From contig CP060231.1 of assembly GCA_023898625.1 (NCBI GenBank), positions 481,890-545,889 on the forward strand: 64,000 nt of DNA. Direction: 5' to 3'. This DNA is from Candidatus Nomurabacteria bacterium (lineage in GTDB: Bacteria > Patescibacteriota > Saccharimonadia > Saccharimonadales > JAGQNJ01). Every line of letters starts with the position of its first letter. Position 1 is the first letter of the stretch. The notes beneath the pieces are model-generated. The model was not told where the DNA came from. It did not search any database and worked only from the letters and a program-made list of their open reading frames with translations. Below, one piece after another: positions 1 through 9,710 of this stretch. Made by a program: the position numbers and the translations under genes.

Positions 1-2
1 TG

Positions 3-347
3 AGCTCTGATTGGTTTCCTAAGGTTAAGGCGACCGTGTTAGTTGGAGCATTTCTTAACGAGAGGCTACTTAAGTCTGTATCTCCGGACTGGTACGATAG
101 CAGGCAGTTTGAGCGCTTGTTTAAAGACGAATACGACGCAGGTGTATTAAAGGTTAAGGGTGGCAAAATATATTTTGTTCACGGTAGTGACGATCCGTAT
201 TGTAGCATTGACGATGCTAAAGATCTCTGTAATCAAGTCGAGGGAACATTTATAACAATACCAAACGGGGGTCACCTATCGGCTTCATGGAACACAACTG
301 AAGTACCTCAAATTATTGACCAGCTTAAGGTCGACAGTGTCTTATGA
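3..347 (+). CDS. alpha/beta hydrolase, YdeN/RBBP9-like serine hydrolase (5' end outside window)
   Basis: The frame is open to the window edge. The C-terminal 'KIYFVHGSDDPYC...IPNGGHLS' resembles the Asp/His end of YdeN-type esterases. The listed start at 36 is a GTG and is probably internal. Confidence 0.5.
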   Translation, partial: SSDWFPKVKATVLVGAFLNERLLKSVSPDWYDSRQFERLFKDEYDAGVLKVKGGKIYFVHGSDDPYCSIDDAKDLCNQVEGTFITIPNGGHLSASWNTTEVPQIIDQLKVDSVL

Positions 348-946
348 AAATAACAAGTATTAAACAGCAGGTTAAGCGAGCAGATCGTTACTCAATATAT
401 GTTGATGACAAATATTCATTTAGCTTGTCTGAACAGGAACTATTAAGTATCAAGATTAAAGTTGGTCAAGAAGTTACAAAATTAGAATTAAAAGAGCTAT
501 TAAACAAAGCAGAAGACGATAAAGCTTATATGAGGGTATTAGATTATCTGTCTAGACGACCAAGAAGTAGGTGGGAGGTGGGACAATACTTATTAAGAAA
601 GGGTCATAACGACAACACAATCACAAAGATACTTAACAGGTTAAGTGAGAGGGGTTATATAGATGATAATAAGTTTGCCGAAAGTTGGGTACGTAGCCGT
701 CGAGCACTCAAACCAATAAGTAAGCGCAAACTAAGGTATGAACTACAACAAAAACATATTTCAAAATCTATTGTTCAGACAGCTTTAGAACAAGACCATA
801 CAGATGAACAACTTGTTTTAAGTGATTTAATAGCAAGAAAACGCCAACAAACTAGATATCAAGATGAGCAAAAGCTAAAAGCATATTTAGTTCGTCAAGG
901 ATTTGGCTTTGATGATATTAACGTAGTTATTAGAGAGCATCAATAA
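344..946 (+). CDS. recX: RecA regulator RecX
   Basis: 200 aa with repeated three-helix modules: 'LDYLSRRPRSRWEVGQYLLRKG', 'ILNRLSERGYIDDNKFAESWVRSR'. There is an ATGA overlap with the upstream gene. Confidence 0.8.
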   Translation: MKITSIKQQVKRADRYSIYVDDKYSFSLSEQELLSIKIKVGQEVTKLELKELLNKAEDDKAYMRVLDYLSRRPRSRWEVGQYLLRKGHNDNTITKILNRLSERGYIDDNKFAESWVRSRRALKPISKRKLRYELQQKHISKSIVQTALEQDHTDEQLVLSDLIARKRQQTRYQDEQKLKAYLVRQGFGFDDINVVIREHQ

Positions 947-954
947 TAAAAATA

Positions 955-1473
955 TTAGGCAACCGCTGGCATTGGGGATGTGTCTCGGGCTGTTGCTTCG
1001 CTGACCGTTATTTTTTTATGTGTGATTTCAATAATCTGTGAGCGATCTATCATTAGGGCTCCACCGGTAAAACTTTTTACTATTGATTGGCTGACGTGTA
1101 GCTTTTGAACAAAGAAATTGTCGGTATTTATTGCGTAATCTGATACTTTGCCTAATCTTCGTTTTTGATCAGTGATAATGTTCATGCCGAGCAAGATAAA
1201 TTTGTGTTTAATGATTTCTTGTAATCGCACTAACTCATCAGGATTTGATAGTGAATTATGATCGTTTACTACCATCCCATCTTGTATTATTTCTCTAACG
1301 TCTTGTGATAAGAGGATTACATTATGTTTGGTGTAATGATCTTTGGCGTACCAGCCTTCTAGTTTAAGATTGAATGGATTTATAATTGCCTCTGTAACAA
1401 CGCCAATTGGCGCTCCTATTTGAAGACTGAGAACTTGTTTGTTTAGTAAAGACTGTCCAAGCATTAACATCAA
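955..1473 (-). CDS. PRC-barrel domain protein (two PRC-like halves)
   Basis: 'LLNKQVLSLQIGAPIGVVTEAIINP' and 'LLGMNIITDQKRRLGKVSDYAIN' resemble PRC-barrel N-terminal strands. Called by pattern recognition only. Confidence 0.45.
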   Translation of the reverse strand: MMLMLGQSLLNKQVLSLQIGAPIGVVTEAIINPFNLKLEGWYAKDHYTKHNVILLSQDVREIIQDGMVVNDHNSLSNPDELVRLQEIIKHKFILLGMNIITDQKRRLGKVSDYAINTDNFFVQKLHVSQSIVKSFTGGALMIDRSQIIEITHKKITVSEATARDTSPMPAVA

Positions 1474-1545
1474 CGATTATTATAAACCATTACAATAAAA
1501 CAATTTTGTGGTTTGTTGGATATTTGCATACAATTGTAATTAATA

Positions 1546-2007
1546 ATGAAACTAGAATTGGTATCAAACAATGAAGCGAGAACACGATTAATAGCTAGTC
1601 AGGTCGGGGCTAAATTAAAAGGCGGTGAATGCATTGAGTTAATTTCAGACATTGGTGGTGGCAAGACTACTTTTGTTAGGGGGTTAGTAAAGGGTGCTGG
1701 AAGCAAAAGCCACGTTTCTAGCCCGACATTTTCTATAAGTAAACTATATAAAACCAAGAGATTTAATATTGTACACTTTGATTTTTATAGACTTGAAGAA
1801 GTGGACTTGATTGAGTATGAAGTTGAAGAGTCTATTTTAGACGACACTACAGTTATTATTGTTGAATGGTCGGAAGCTATCAGACATGTCCTACCCGAGG
1901 ACCGGTTGCAGTTAACTATTAAGCCTATAGATGAAAACAAGAGATTATTATCTTTTGTGGCTCCTGATAGGTTGGAATATCTAATTAATGATTGCTTAAT
2001 GTCATAA
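1546..2007 (+). CDS. tsaE: tRNA t6A37 biosynthesis ATPase TsaE
   Basis: 153 aa with the P-loop 'SDIGGGKTTFVRG', 'SPTFSI' and 'HFDFYRL' motifs typical of TsaE/YjeE. Confidence 0.85.
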   Translation: MKLELVSNNEARTRLIASQVGAKLKGGECIELISDIGGGKTTFVRGLVKGAGSKSHVSSPTFSISKLYKTKRFNIVHFDFYRLEEVDLIEYEVEESILDDTTVIIVEWSEAIRHVLPEDRLQLTIKPIDENKRLLSFVAPDRLEYLINDCLMS

Positions 2008-2059
2008 AATGTATAGAATATAAGCATAACCAAGACAAACCAAAGAGCAGGAGATTTAG

Positions 2060-3220
2060 ATGCAACCAGATAATCAAAATAGTCAGCCCATGAACCCTAA
2101 TCCACCTACTCCTCCTTCGCCTCCTACTCCGCCAGTACCGCCAATTCCTCAAGCTCCTACACCTCCCCCTGGTTCCACTACATCAATAGGTTCTGCAAAC
2201 AATTCTGCGCAACCTACAACTCAAAGCCCCATAGCCAGTGGCACGCCTAATACTATGCAATCTGCAAGCACGAACCAATTTCAGACTAATCCAACACCAA
2301 GAAAAAGCCACAAAGGCTTGATTATTGGCTTGATAATCGGAGCCATTTGCATTGTTATTATCCCAATAGTATTATTTTTCTTTTTTACAGTATTAAGCAC
2401 CATGCAGATCTCATCTACTTCTAGTTCATTTATGACTGCCATGACTGCGGGAGATGTTGATAAGGCACTTTCTTACACTGACGGTAGCGCTGAAACTAAA
2501 CAGTTTTTACAAAGTATGGCGCCTGGCATGAAGGCCACAAGCTTTAGTAAGGTTGATAGCACAAATAAATCTGGGAAACATTATTTTTTGTATACACTGC
2601 AAGGAGCAAATAATAAAATGGCTCGAACAGCGCTAGAAAAAGGCGACAAGGGTTGGCAAGTAATAGAGCTTGTTACGGGTAGTAACGTTGCCTTAGTGGG
2701 CGCAAGCAGTAACCAGACAGATACAACAGCTTCATCAGAACCAGCTACACAATCTAGCGGTAGTCAGTGCCTTGTTCAGGCAGATTTTGACAATTGGTAC
2801 AAGGATATGTACGGCAAGACAGCTACAGAGTATGGGTTCCATTTTGAAGATCCAACCAGACCTTATACTGCAAATGTGCATTTTGAACCAGATTCATTAG
2901 ACACTAGTTCGGATAATACTGGTGCGGTGGAAAACATGGCAAATTTAGCTAATGATCCATCGGTTAAGGGGAAATCATTTACCATAAAGCTTTATGGTGG
3001 AGTGGCAACATCACAGGCAGATAAAGATTTCGCGAATAAGCGAGCAGAAGTAGTTAAGAAGGAACTAATCGCCAAAGGAGTTCCTGCAGATAAAATTGCA
3101 ATTGACCCTGCCACCTCTGCAACAGATTACGAAAGCAACCCTAACGAAGTATCTAAAAGAATGAACAGAGTGGTTGTTCTTACCTTTGATCCAACTTGTA
3201 GTGCCTCTGGGCAACGTTGA
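2060..3220 (+). CDS. membrane-anchored protein with Pro-rich N-terminus and OmpA-like C-terminal peptidoglycan-binding domain
   Basis: RBS AGGAG lies upstream. The protein has a PTPPSPPTPP low-complexity head and one TM helix ('GLIIGLIIGAICIVIIPIVLFFFF'). The C-terminal 'NKRAEVVKKELIAKGVPADKIA...RMNRVVVL' is OmpA_C-like. Confidence 0.6.
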   Translation: MQPDNQNSQPMNPNPPTPPSPPTPPVPPIPQAPTPPPGSTTSIGSANNSAQPTTQSPIASGTPNTMQSASTNQFQTNPTPRKSHKGLIIGLIIGAICIVIIPIVLFFFFTVLSTMQISSTSSSFMTAMTAGDVDKALSYTDGSAETKQFLQSMAPGMKATSFSKVDSTNKSGKHYFLYTLQGANNKMARTALEKGDKGWQVIELVTGSNVALVGASSNQTDTTASSEPATQSSGSQCLVQADFDNWYKDMYGKTATEYGFHFEDPTRPYTANVHFEPDSLDTSSDNTGAVENMANLANDPSVKGKSFTIKLYGGVATSQADKDFANKRAEVVKKELIAKGVPADKIAIDPATSATDYESNPNEVSKRMNRVVVLTFDPTCSASGQR

Positions 3221-3225
3221 TTAAG

Positions 3226-3618
3226 ATGATTTTGACGATTCGCACAGATCGGCCCGTTGCAGAGGTTGGTCTGTTCTTTAAGGCAGGACAAGAACGTCAG
3301 TATGAGAAGTGGCAAGCACATAGAGAGCTTGCAGAAACTATACACCTTAAGATCAGTGCCCTTCTTAAAGCTGAGAACAAAAATTGGCAGGATATTACTG
3401 GTGTTGTTTGCTATAAAGGTCCTGGGAGTTTTACTGGGTTAAGAATAGGCGCTACGGTCGCCAATAGCCTAGCGTATAGCTTAGATATTCCAGTGGTTGG
3501 CACAACTGGTGATGATTGGATATCTAAAGGTATAAAACAACTGCCAAAAAATGCCGATGAACAAATAGTTGTACCTGAGTATGGAAGACCAGCAAGAATC
3601 ACCGAGCCAAAGAAGTAA
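3226..3618 (+). CDS. tsaB: tRNA t6A37 biosynthesis protein TsaB (short form)
   Basis: 'YKGPGSFTGLRIGATVANSLAYSLDIPVVG' is the TsaB/YeaZ signature. ATG 3226 is chosen over the listed TTG 3217. Confidence 0.75.
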   Translation: MILTIRTDRPVAEVGLFFKAGQERQYEKWQAHRELAETIHLKISALLKAENKNWQDITGVVCYKGPGSFTGLRIGATVANSLAYSLDIPVVGTTGDDWISKGIKQLPKNADEQIVVPEYGRPARITEPKK

Positions 3619-3723
3619 CGTAGTGAATAACTCAACAGATTTGCGAAAAATGCTTGACAAACTAACAGCTTAAAAATAAGCTTAACTCATAGTACTTTAA
3701 ACAATAAAAAAGGAGACAAAAAC

Positions 3724-5418
3724 GTGAAAAAACACAAAATAGTAATTGGTATTGGATTATTTGTTGCAACCTTATTGGGTGCGCTAACAATAAGTCGTGG
3801 CAATGCATTTGCAGCCACTAAAACTTGGGATGGTGGTGGTGCAGATGATAAATTTAGCACCGGCACAAACTGGGATGGAGACACGGCACCAGCAAATGGC
3901 GACAGCCTTGCATTCCCTATGGATACAATTTTTAGTGGTGACTGTTCTGCAGATTTAACATTTAATAATGATTTAGACCCCAATTCTATAACTCTTTCAG
4001 GTATCTCGACTAGTGGCGCAAAGCCCAGCGGTTGCTATCATTACATTATCGTGACAGGAAATGATTTTAAATTATCTGGTGATTTTTCACCCCTAGAATC
4101 TTATCAGATAAATTTAGGGGTGGGTATAATTGCAGATGGTGACATTACTGTTAAAAACGCAATATTAAACTCTAATGAACCTGTACTTGATATTGGCAAT
4201 CATACTGTAACTGTTATTGACGGTTATCTTAATAGCGTGTCTGGTACAGGTACTCTGATTTTGGACTCTATTCAAGAAGGATCTGGTGGAGGAGGTTGTT
4301 TGTCGGTTCCTTATTCTCACCCAGTTTCGAAGGATAGCCCAAGCTTTAGTGGTAACATAGTTGTTCAAGGGTATCAGCCTCTAATTGTTACATCTAGGGC
4401 CAACGATATCGCAAACAAGGCATCAAGCATTTCTTTTGTTGGAGGCAATAGTGGTTTATATCTAGTAACTGATAACGGGTCTGATATGACCTTCAGTAAA
4501 GACTTTACAATTAATGGCGGCTCTATTAATGTTATTCAAGCAAAAGGCGAAGATTGTATTACTCCTGCCGCAAATACAACTGTGAATTTGAGTGGTGTGG
4601 TTACGGTGGGAGCATCTACTAAGGTATCTTTAGATCATGCTAATCTAAAATTTAGTGGAGTATTAAATGGTAAAGATAATTTACAAGTACAACCTGGGGG
4701 TAGCGGAGCTGTAACCTATCCAGATGGATCCTCGGTGAATAGTGAGATGAGGGTTGTAACAATATCAAAGGAAGAAGATTGTCCCGATACTTATTATGCT
4801 CTAACAGCGAACAATAAAGTGCTTGTTAATTTTGATTGTAGCGAATCAATACTAGGTACGGTAGATAACCCCTTTCAAGTTAAAGGTATTCTTGGTGGTA
4901 CAGGAAAAATAGGAGGATTTTTAAAGATCCTTGCTGGAGGAGCAATCGCTCCAGGACACAGTCCAGGAACATTAACGGTTGGCAATATTGAATGGGTCGA
5001 AGGCGGAATATACGAGTTTGAAATAGGCAAAGATGGTGGTGACCAAATTATTGCTAACGGAACAGTTACGCTTGGCAACGGAACATTGAAGGTCTTAAGG
5101 TTTGAAGATTATGTTCCAAAAGCAAATGATGTATATACAATTATTGCCAACGACGGATCTGATGCAGTAACTGGGACATTCAAAGACTTACCGGAAGGTG
5201 CAACCTTTACAAATAGCGATGGTGGCGTATATAAGATTAGCTACAAAGGTGGTGATGGCAATGACGTGACCATAACTGTCGTTACTGCACCAAAAGTTCC
5301 AAATACCGGATTCGCAATGCTAAAGAATAATCCATTGCTTACCCTGCTAGCAACTACCGGATCAGCATTAGCAATTGCATTCGTAGCTCGCAAGACTACA
5401 ATCAAAAAACAAGCCTAG
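3724..5418 (+). CDS. secreted beta-strand-repeat surface protein with C-terminal VPNTG sorting signal
   Basis: GTG start with AAAGGAGA upstream, followed by a signal peptide. 'KTWDGGGADDKFSTGTNWDG' is an autotransporter-associated beta-strand-type repeat. The C-terminus 'KVPNTG' + hydrophobic 'LLTLLATTGSALAIAFVA' + 'RKTTIKKQA' is a tripartite sortase signal. Confidence 0.7.
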   Translation: MKKHKIVIGIGLFVATLLGALTISRGNAFAATKTWDGGGADDKFSTGTNWDGDTAPANGDSLAFPMDTIFSGDCSADLTFNNDLDPNSITLSGISTSGAKPSGCYHYIIVTGNDFKLSGDFSPLESYQINLGVGIIADGDITVKNAILNSNEPVLDIGNHTVTVIDGYLNSVSGTGTLILDSIQEGSGGGGCLSVPYSHPVSKDSPSFSGNIVVQGYQPLIVTSRANDIANKASSISFVGGNSGLYLVTDNGSDMTFSKDFTINGGSINVIQAKGEDCITPAANTTVNLSGVVTVGASTKVSLDHANLKFSGVLNGKDNLQVQPGGSGAVTYPDGSSVNSEMRVVTISKEEDCPDTYYALTANNKVLVNFDCSESILGTVDNPFQVKGILGGTGKIGGFLKILAGGAIAPGHSPGTLTVGNIEWVEGGIYEFEIGKDGGDQIIANGTVTLGNGTLKVLRFEDYVPKANDVYTIIANDGSDAVTGTFKDLPEGATFTNSDGGVYKISYKGGDGNDVTITVVTAPKVPNTGFAMLKNNPLLTLLATTGSALAIAFVARKTTIKKQA

Positions 5419-5455
5419 AATTTGCTTTTGTAAAAACTAAAAACTAAACAAAAAA

Positions 5456-6517
5456 ATGCAACAAAAACAGAAGTTACAACTTAGCGCCCTTGAACTGTCT
5501 GATAGAATGCGAACATATCGCACCAGACAGCCTCATAGAGTTATTCCACGAAGCGGAGCTACTCACTTACGACGGCGAATAGGCATGGATGTATGGGAGC
5601 CCTCTAACATGGCGCTGGATACTTCTGAACATAAAGCGTTGCAAAGTACTCGCCCAGACACCACTACAAAACAAGTAAATACTACTGCAAATAGTTTCAA
5701 AAAACCAACACCATTACTTAACGATTCAAAGTTAAATGTTAAAGATAGTAATATCGCTCCCGAAGGTAGTAATCCTAAGGCGTTCGATTTCCAGGAATCC
5801 GCTAGTAAATGGAAGAAGTCTCAACAAAACAAGAAAACACTGTCCTTTAGAAGGCTCAAGTCGATATCACCAAATTATTTCATGTATGGCATGGCGGTAG
5901 TAGTGTTTATGGTTGGCATAACGGTCGCAATCAGATCGTTCATGCTCGACAACAAGATTGCCCAAACAGTTTCTGCTCAAGCTTCAAACTCTGAAGCAAC
6001 TAGTGATGTTGATGAAAAAAAACCGTCTGATGATGATGTTCGTTCGTATTCTGTTGCCCCTGACTTGCCAAGAATAGTGGCAATTCCAAAGCTTGGCATT
6101 AATGGTAGAGTAAGGCAAATGTCTGTCGACAAGAACGGGTCTCTTGAGGCCCCAAGGAGTATCCATGATGCAGGATGGTACAATCAAAGTGCCAAGCCCG
6201 GAACTCCTGGTGGCGCTGTATTGCTTGACGGTCATGTGTCTGGGCCGACACAAAAAGGAGTGTTCTACAAGATAGAAACTCTAAATAAAGGCGATATTGT
6301 AACTATAGAGCGTGGCGACGGCAAGAAGATTGACTACAAAGTTGTCAAAGTAGAAATCAAGAAGGCAACAAATTTAGATATGACCGAAATGATTTTACCT
6401 ATCACTAAAGGTACACATGGGCTCAACCTCATATCTTGCACTGGTAAATTTAATGCTTCTAACAAAACATTTGAAGATAGGGCTTTAGTTTTTACTGAAG
6501 TTAGTCGTATTTACTGA
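5456..6517 (+). CDS. sortase (membrane-anchored, long N-terminal region)
   Basis: One TM helix ('YGMAVVVFMVGITVAI'). The catalytic-domain motifs are His 'LLDGHVSG', Cys 'LNLISCTG' and Arg 'EDRALVF'. It lies directly downstream of a PNTG substrate gene. Confidence 0.75.
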   Translation: MQQKQKLQLSALELSDRMRTYRTRQPHRVIPRSGATHLRRRIGMDVWEPSNMALDTSEHKALQSTRPDTTTKQVNTTANSFKKPTPLLNDSKLNVKDSNIAPEGSNPKAFDFQESASKWKKSQQNKKTLSFRRLKSISPNYFMYGMAVVVFMVGITVAIRSFMLDNKIAQTVSAQASNSEATSDVDEKKPSDDDVRSYSVAPDLPRIVAIPKLGINGRVRQMSVDKNGSLEAPRSIHDAGWYNQSAKPGTPGGAVLLDGHVSGPTQKGVFYKIETLNKGDIVTIERGDGKKIDYKVVKVEIKKATNLDMTEMILPITKGTHGLNLISCTGKFNASNKTFEDRALVFTEVSRIY

Positions 6518-6669
6518 CTTATTGGTGCAAATATGAATTTTGCAGTATAATCTTACGTAGGATATATTTTTGGGATAAATCCAACATTTTATTGATTTGA
6601 TTTTGATAATCTTACTAAAGAAGTGATAGTGATTGTGGGGTTATCAAACACGAAAAGAAAGGAACTACG

Positions 6670-8184
6670 ATGGAACCAATTACCATAGTTTTAGCTGTGG
6701 CTGGTCTTGCTGTTGGTTTTGGTGGTAATGTTTTGATTACTCGCCAAAAAGCAGGAAAAGCCGAAGAAAATGCCAAGAAAGAGGTTGATAAAGCAAAAAA
6801 AGAGGCTCGTAAAATAGTCCAAGACGCAAAAGATGATGCTCTTAAAATTGCTGATGATGCACGTAAAGAAGAACAACAGCGTCGCAAAGAATTTAAGGAT
6901 ATTGAGAAGCGTTTGCTTGATCGTGAAGACGCATTAGATAAAAAACTCGACCAACTAGATAAACGTAATGAGGCATTGCGTAAGAGTGAGGACGAAGTTG
7001 AAACCCTAAAAGACGAGATTCGAAAAATTCGAACCAAACAACAAGAAAAATTAGAGAAGGTTGCAAAGCTCTCTAAATCAGAAGCTACAGAAAAATTAAT
7101 GCAGATGACAGAGCGCGATATCAAGAGCGACCTTACTGGACTTATTGCTAAATTGCAAACCGAAGCTCAAGAAATGGCTGAAGAAAAAGCAGGATATATT
7201 ATTGTTTCAGCTATGGAGCGTATGGCCAGCGAGGTAACCGCCGAACGAACACTGACCAGCGTAAAACTTGACGATGAAGAGATGAAGGGGCGAATTATCG
7301 GGAAAGAAGGTCGCAATATTCAAGCCCTGCAACGCTCAACAGGTGTTGATATCATGGTTGATGACACACCCGGTTATATAGTGCTTTCAAGTTTTGATCC
7401 TGTGCGTCGTGAGGTTGCACGCCAGGCTGTCGAAATGTTGCTTAAGGATGGTCGCGTTCATCCAGGGCGAATTGAGGAAGTTGTTGAAAAAGCTCAGAAG
7501 AATGTACAAAAGGATGTTATTAGAGCAGGTGAAGACGCCGCCCGAGAAGTTGGAGTAATTGGGATACCTAAAGAAATTTTACAAATCTTAGGGGAGCTTA
7601 AATACCGTACATCATATGGCCAAAATGTCCTTAAGCACAGTACGGAGATGGCGCATATTGCAGGGATTATTGCCGAAGAAGTTGGCGCAGATGTTAGGAT
7701 TGCTAAATATTCTGCATTGGTGCATGATATAGGTAAGGCCTTAACTCACAAGATAGAAGGAAAGCATCACCATATTAGTGGTGAGATATTGCGTAAGTAC
7801 GGTGCTCCAGAAGAGGTAGCATTGGCTGCCGAGCAACATCATGATGATGTTGAGGCTACGACCGTAGAGGCCTTAATCGTACGAGTGGTTGATGCGATAA
7901 GCGCCGCCAGGCCGGGTGCTCGAAACATTAGCGCCGAGAACTTTGCAGAACGCATGAAGGAACTTGAAAACGTTGCAAATAGTTTTAGTGGTATAGAAAA
8001 ATCATACGCCATTAGTGCTGGTCGAGAAGTTAGGGTGTTTGTTAAGCCTCAAAGTGTTGACGATCTGTCGGCAATTAAGTTGGCGCGAGATATTGCCACA
8101 AAAATCGAAAGCACCATGCAGTATCCGGGAACCATTAAAGTAAATGTGATTCGCGAAACTCGAGCCATTGAGTTTGCTAAATAG
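6670..8184 (+). CDS. rny: ribonuclease Y
   Basis: N-terminal TM helix, a K/E-rich coiled coil, a KH domain ('GRIIGKEGRNIQAL') and an HD domain ('ALVHDIGKA', 'HHH'). 504 aa. Confidence 0.9.
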   Translation: MEPITIVLAVAGLAVGFGGNVLITRQKAGKAEENAKKEVDKAKKEARKIVQDAKDDALKIADDARKEEQQRRKEFKDIEKRLLDREDALDKKLDQLDKRNEALRKSEDEVETLKDEIRKIRTKQQEKLEKVAKLSKSEATEKLMQMTERDIKSDLTGLIAKLQTEAQEMAEEKAGYIIVSAMERMASEVTAERTLTSVKLDDEEMKGRIIGKEGRNIQALQRSTGVDIMVDDTPGYIVLSSFDPVRREVARQAVEMLLKDGRVHPGRIEEVVEKAQKNVQKDVIRAGEDAAREVGVIGIPKEILQILGELKYRTSYGQNVLKHSTEMAHIAGIIAEEVGADVRIAKYSALVHDIGKALTHKIEGKHHHISGEILRKYGAPEEVALAAEQHHDDVEATTVEALIVRVVDAISAARPGARNISAENFAERMKELENVANSFSGIEKSYAISAGREVRVFVKPQSVDDLSAIKLARDIATKIESTMQYPGTIKVNVIRETRAIEFAK

Positions 8185-8227
8185 ATATAGATTTTTACAG
8201 GGTAATAAAGTATAATTTCCCTGTTGC

Positions 8228-8304
8228 CGGGGTTTGGCGCAGTTGGCTAGCGCGCGCGGTTTGGGACCGCGAGGTCACAGGTTCGAGTCCTGTAACCCCG
8301 ACCA
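8228..8304 (+). tRNA. tRNA-Pro (anticodon UGG), CCA encoded
   Basis: Hand-folded 77-nt cloverleaf. The acceptor is CGGGGTT/AACCCCG, the anticodon stem-loop is CGCGG-TTTGGGA-CCGCG, and the T arm is ACAGG-TTCGAGT-CCTGT. Confidence 0.9.
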
Positions 8305-8321
8305 CATAGAATATTTTTTTA

Positions 8322-8354
8322 ATCTACCATTACTGATGGTAGATTTGTATTTTT
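8322..8354 (+). terminator. intrinsic terminator after rny/tRNA-Pro
   Basis: Perfect 9-bp stem ATCTACCAT/ATGGTAGAT with a 5-nt loop, followed by TTGTATTTTT. Confidence 0.6.
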
Positions 8355-8411
8355 AAAGACGCAAGCTTTGTTGAATTTAGTATAGATTAGATATAAAATG
8401 ACTCTATAATC

Positions 8412-9710
8412 ATGAGCGTATTGAAGGCATGGAATATTAAGCGGTTCTTTATAACCTTGATGGCTGTTTTTGTGCCCATAATGACTGTCTTTTTTGGGAT
8501 GATGTCACTTACCTTTGCAGATCCTGGTGATGAAGAACCATACTCTATTTTTATTCTAGCTGGTCAGTCTTGGGCAGAGGGTACTAACTCTTTTCGGGTT
8601 AATTTGCCTGCTGGCACAGGAATAGATAAGCAAAATCATCCAGCAGATACAGTGACTGGTTTTTGGTGGGCTGGGGCCGATGGTAACGGTCCAGATACCC
8701 TTTCAGAATATATTGATTACTTTAATGGAATTAGTCCTGCTGGGTGGATTCAGTCGGGTGGTGTTGGCGCTACAGGTGCTAACAGATATAAAAACATGAA
8801 TGATGTTCAGAGATTGGGTCAATTTGGTCCAGAGCTATCAATGGCAAGGAAATTGTATGAAAACGGTAGAAGAAAAGTAATTATTTTGAAAGTTTCTTAT
8901 GGCTTCCAAAGTCTTGCCCAGTCAACAAGTCCAACAGTTCCGTTTGACTTTAATTCTGCTCCAGGAAGGAACAAGAGTTATGACAGGATGAAAACAGAAT
9001 TTAATGCTTTAACTAACTATCTTAAGAGCACAAATAAAAAATATACAGTCGATGGTTTTTACTGGTATCAGGGTGGAACAGATGCACTACAACAGTCGTA
9101 TGCCGATCAATACGAACAGAACCTAAGAGACCTAATTACAAGATCAAAAACAGATCTTCAATTTTCTTCTCAGGCACATTTCGTTGTTGCAAAATTTAGC
9201 ATGAGAAATTGTTATGAATATTCATACCCCTTGGACTCCATTGATTATTGCGGGTTTCCATATATGGGTTCTTTAGATCCGCTGACTCTCTCTTCTGATT
9301 TCTACACAACTCATGCCGTAGGATGGAACAGGCAAGAAAAAGTAAGAAATGCAATCCAAAAAGTTGCAGACGATGATAATAATGGAGTAATGAAGGTGGA
9401 TGCAGTTGAAGATGGTGACTTAATTAGGTCGGGAGATAGAATTCACCTAAATGAAGCCAGTAATATTATCATGGGGCAACGTTTTGTCTCGATGTTTAAC
9501 CCAGCATATCAGCCAGGTACCCCGAGTAGTGATTATGACGGAGATGGCATAACAAACAATAATGAAGATGTAGGAAGGGGTGCTGGTTGTCAACTCCCAT
9601 ATATTACACAAAATAATAGCAATCTTGGTGATGATGATTCTGACTGCGATGGCTATCCAAACTATATAGATAAACTTGATGGTAGTAATGGAAATGGGTT
9701 AGGTCTATGA
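8412..9710 (+). CDS. secreted SGNH/SASA-type carbohydrate esterase with C-terminal Asp-rich calcium-binding-type repeats
   Basis: Signal-anchor N-terminus. 'ILAGQSWAEGTN' matches the GQS nucleophile block of sialate-O-acetylesterase-like enzymes, and 'GDRIHLN' matches the DxxH block. The C-terminal 'DYDGDGITNNNED' and 'DDDSDCDGYPNYID' are thrombospondin-type-3-like. Confidence 0.55.
   Translation: MSVLKAWNIKRFFITLMAVFVPIMTVFFGMMSLTFADPGDEEPYSIFILAGQSWAEGTNSFRVNLPAGTGIDKQNHPADTVTGFWWAGADGNGPDTLSEYIDYFNGISPAGWIQSGGVGATGANRYKNMNDVQRLGQFGPELSMARKLYENGRRKVIILKVSYGFQSLAQSTSPTVPFDFNSAPGRNKSYDRMKTEFNALTNYLKSTNKKYTVDGFYWYQGGTDALQQSYADQYEQNLRDLITRSKTDLQFSSQAHFVVAKFSMRNCYEYSYPLDSIDYCGFPYMGSLDPLTLSSDFYTTHAVGWNRQEKVRNAIQKVADDDNNGVMKVDAVEDGDLIRSGDRIHLNEASNIIMGQRFVSMFNPAYQPGTPSSDYDGDGITNNNEDVGRGAGCQLPYITQNNSNLGDDDSDCDGYPNYIDKLDGSNGNGLGL

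Noticed and set aside
6615-7124. 169-aa minus-strand ORF (Ser/Leu/Arg-rich)
   Set aside because: It is entirely antisense to the Lys/Glu-rich coiled-coil region of rny. Low-complexity mirror-frame ORFs of this kind are expected artefacts.
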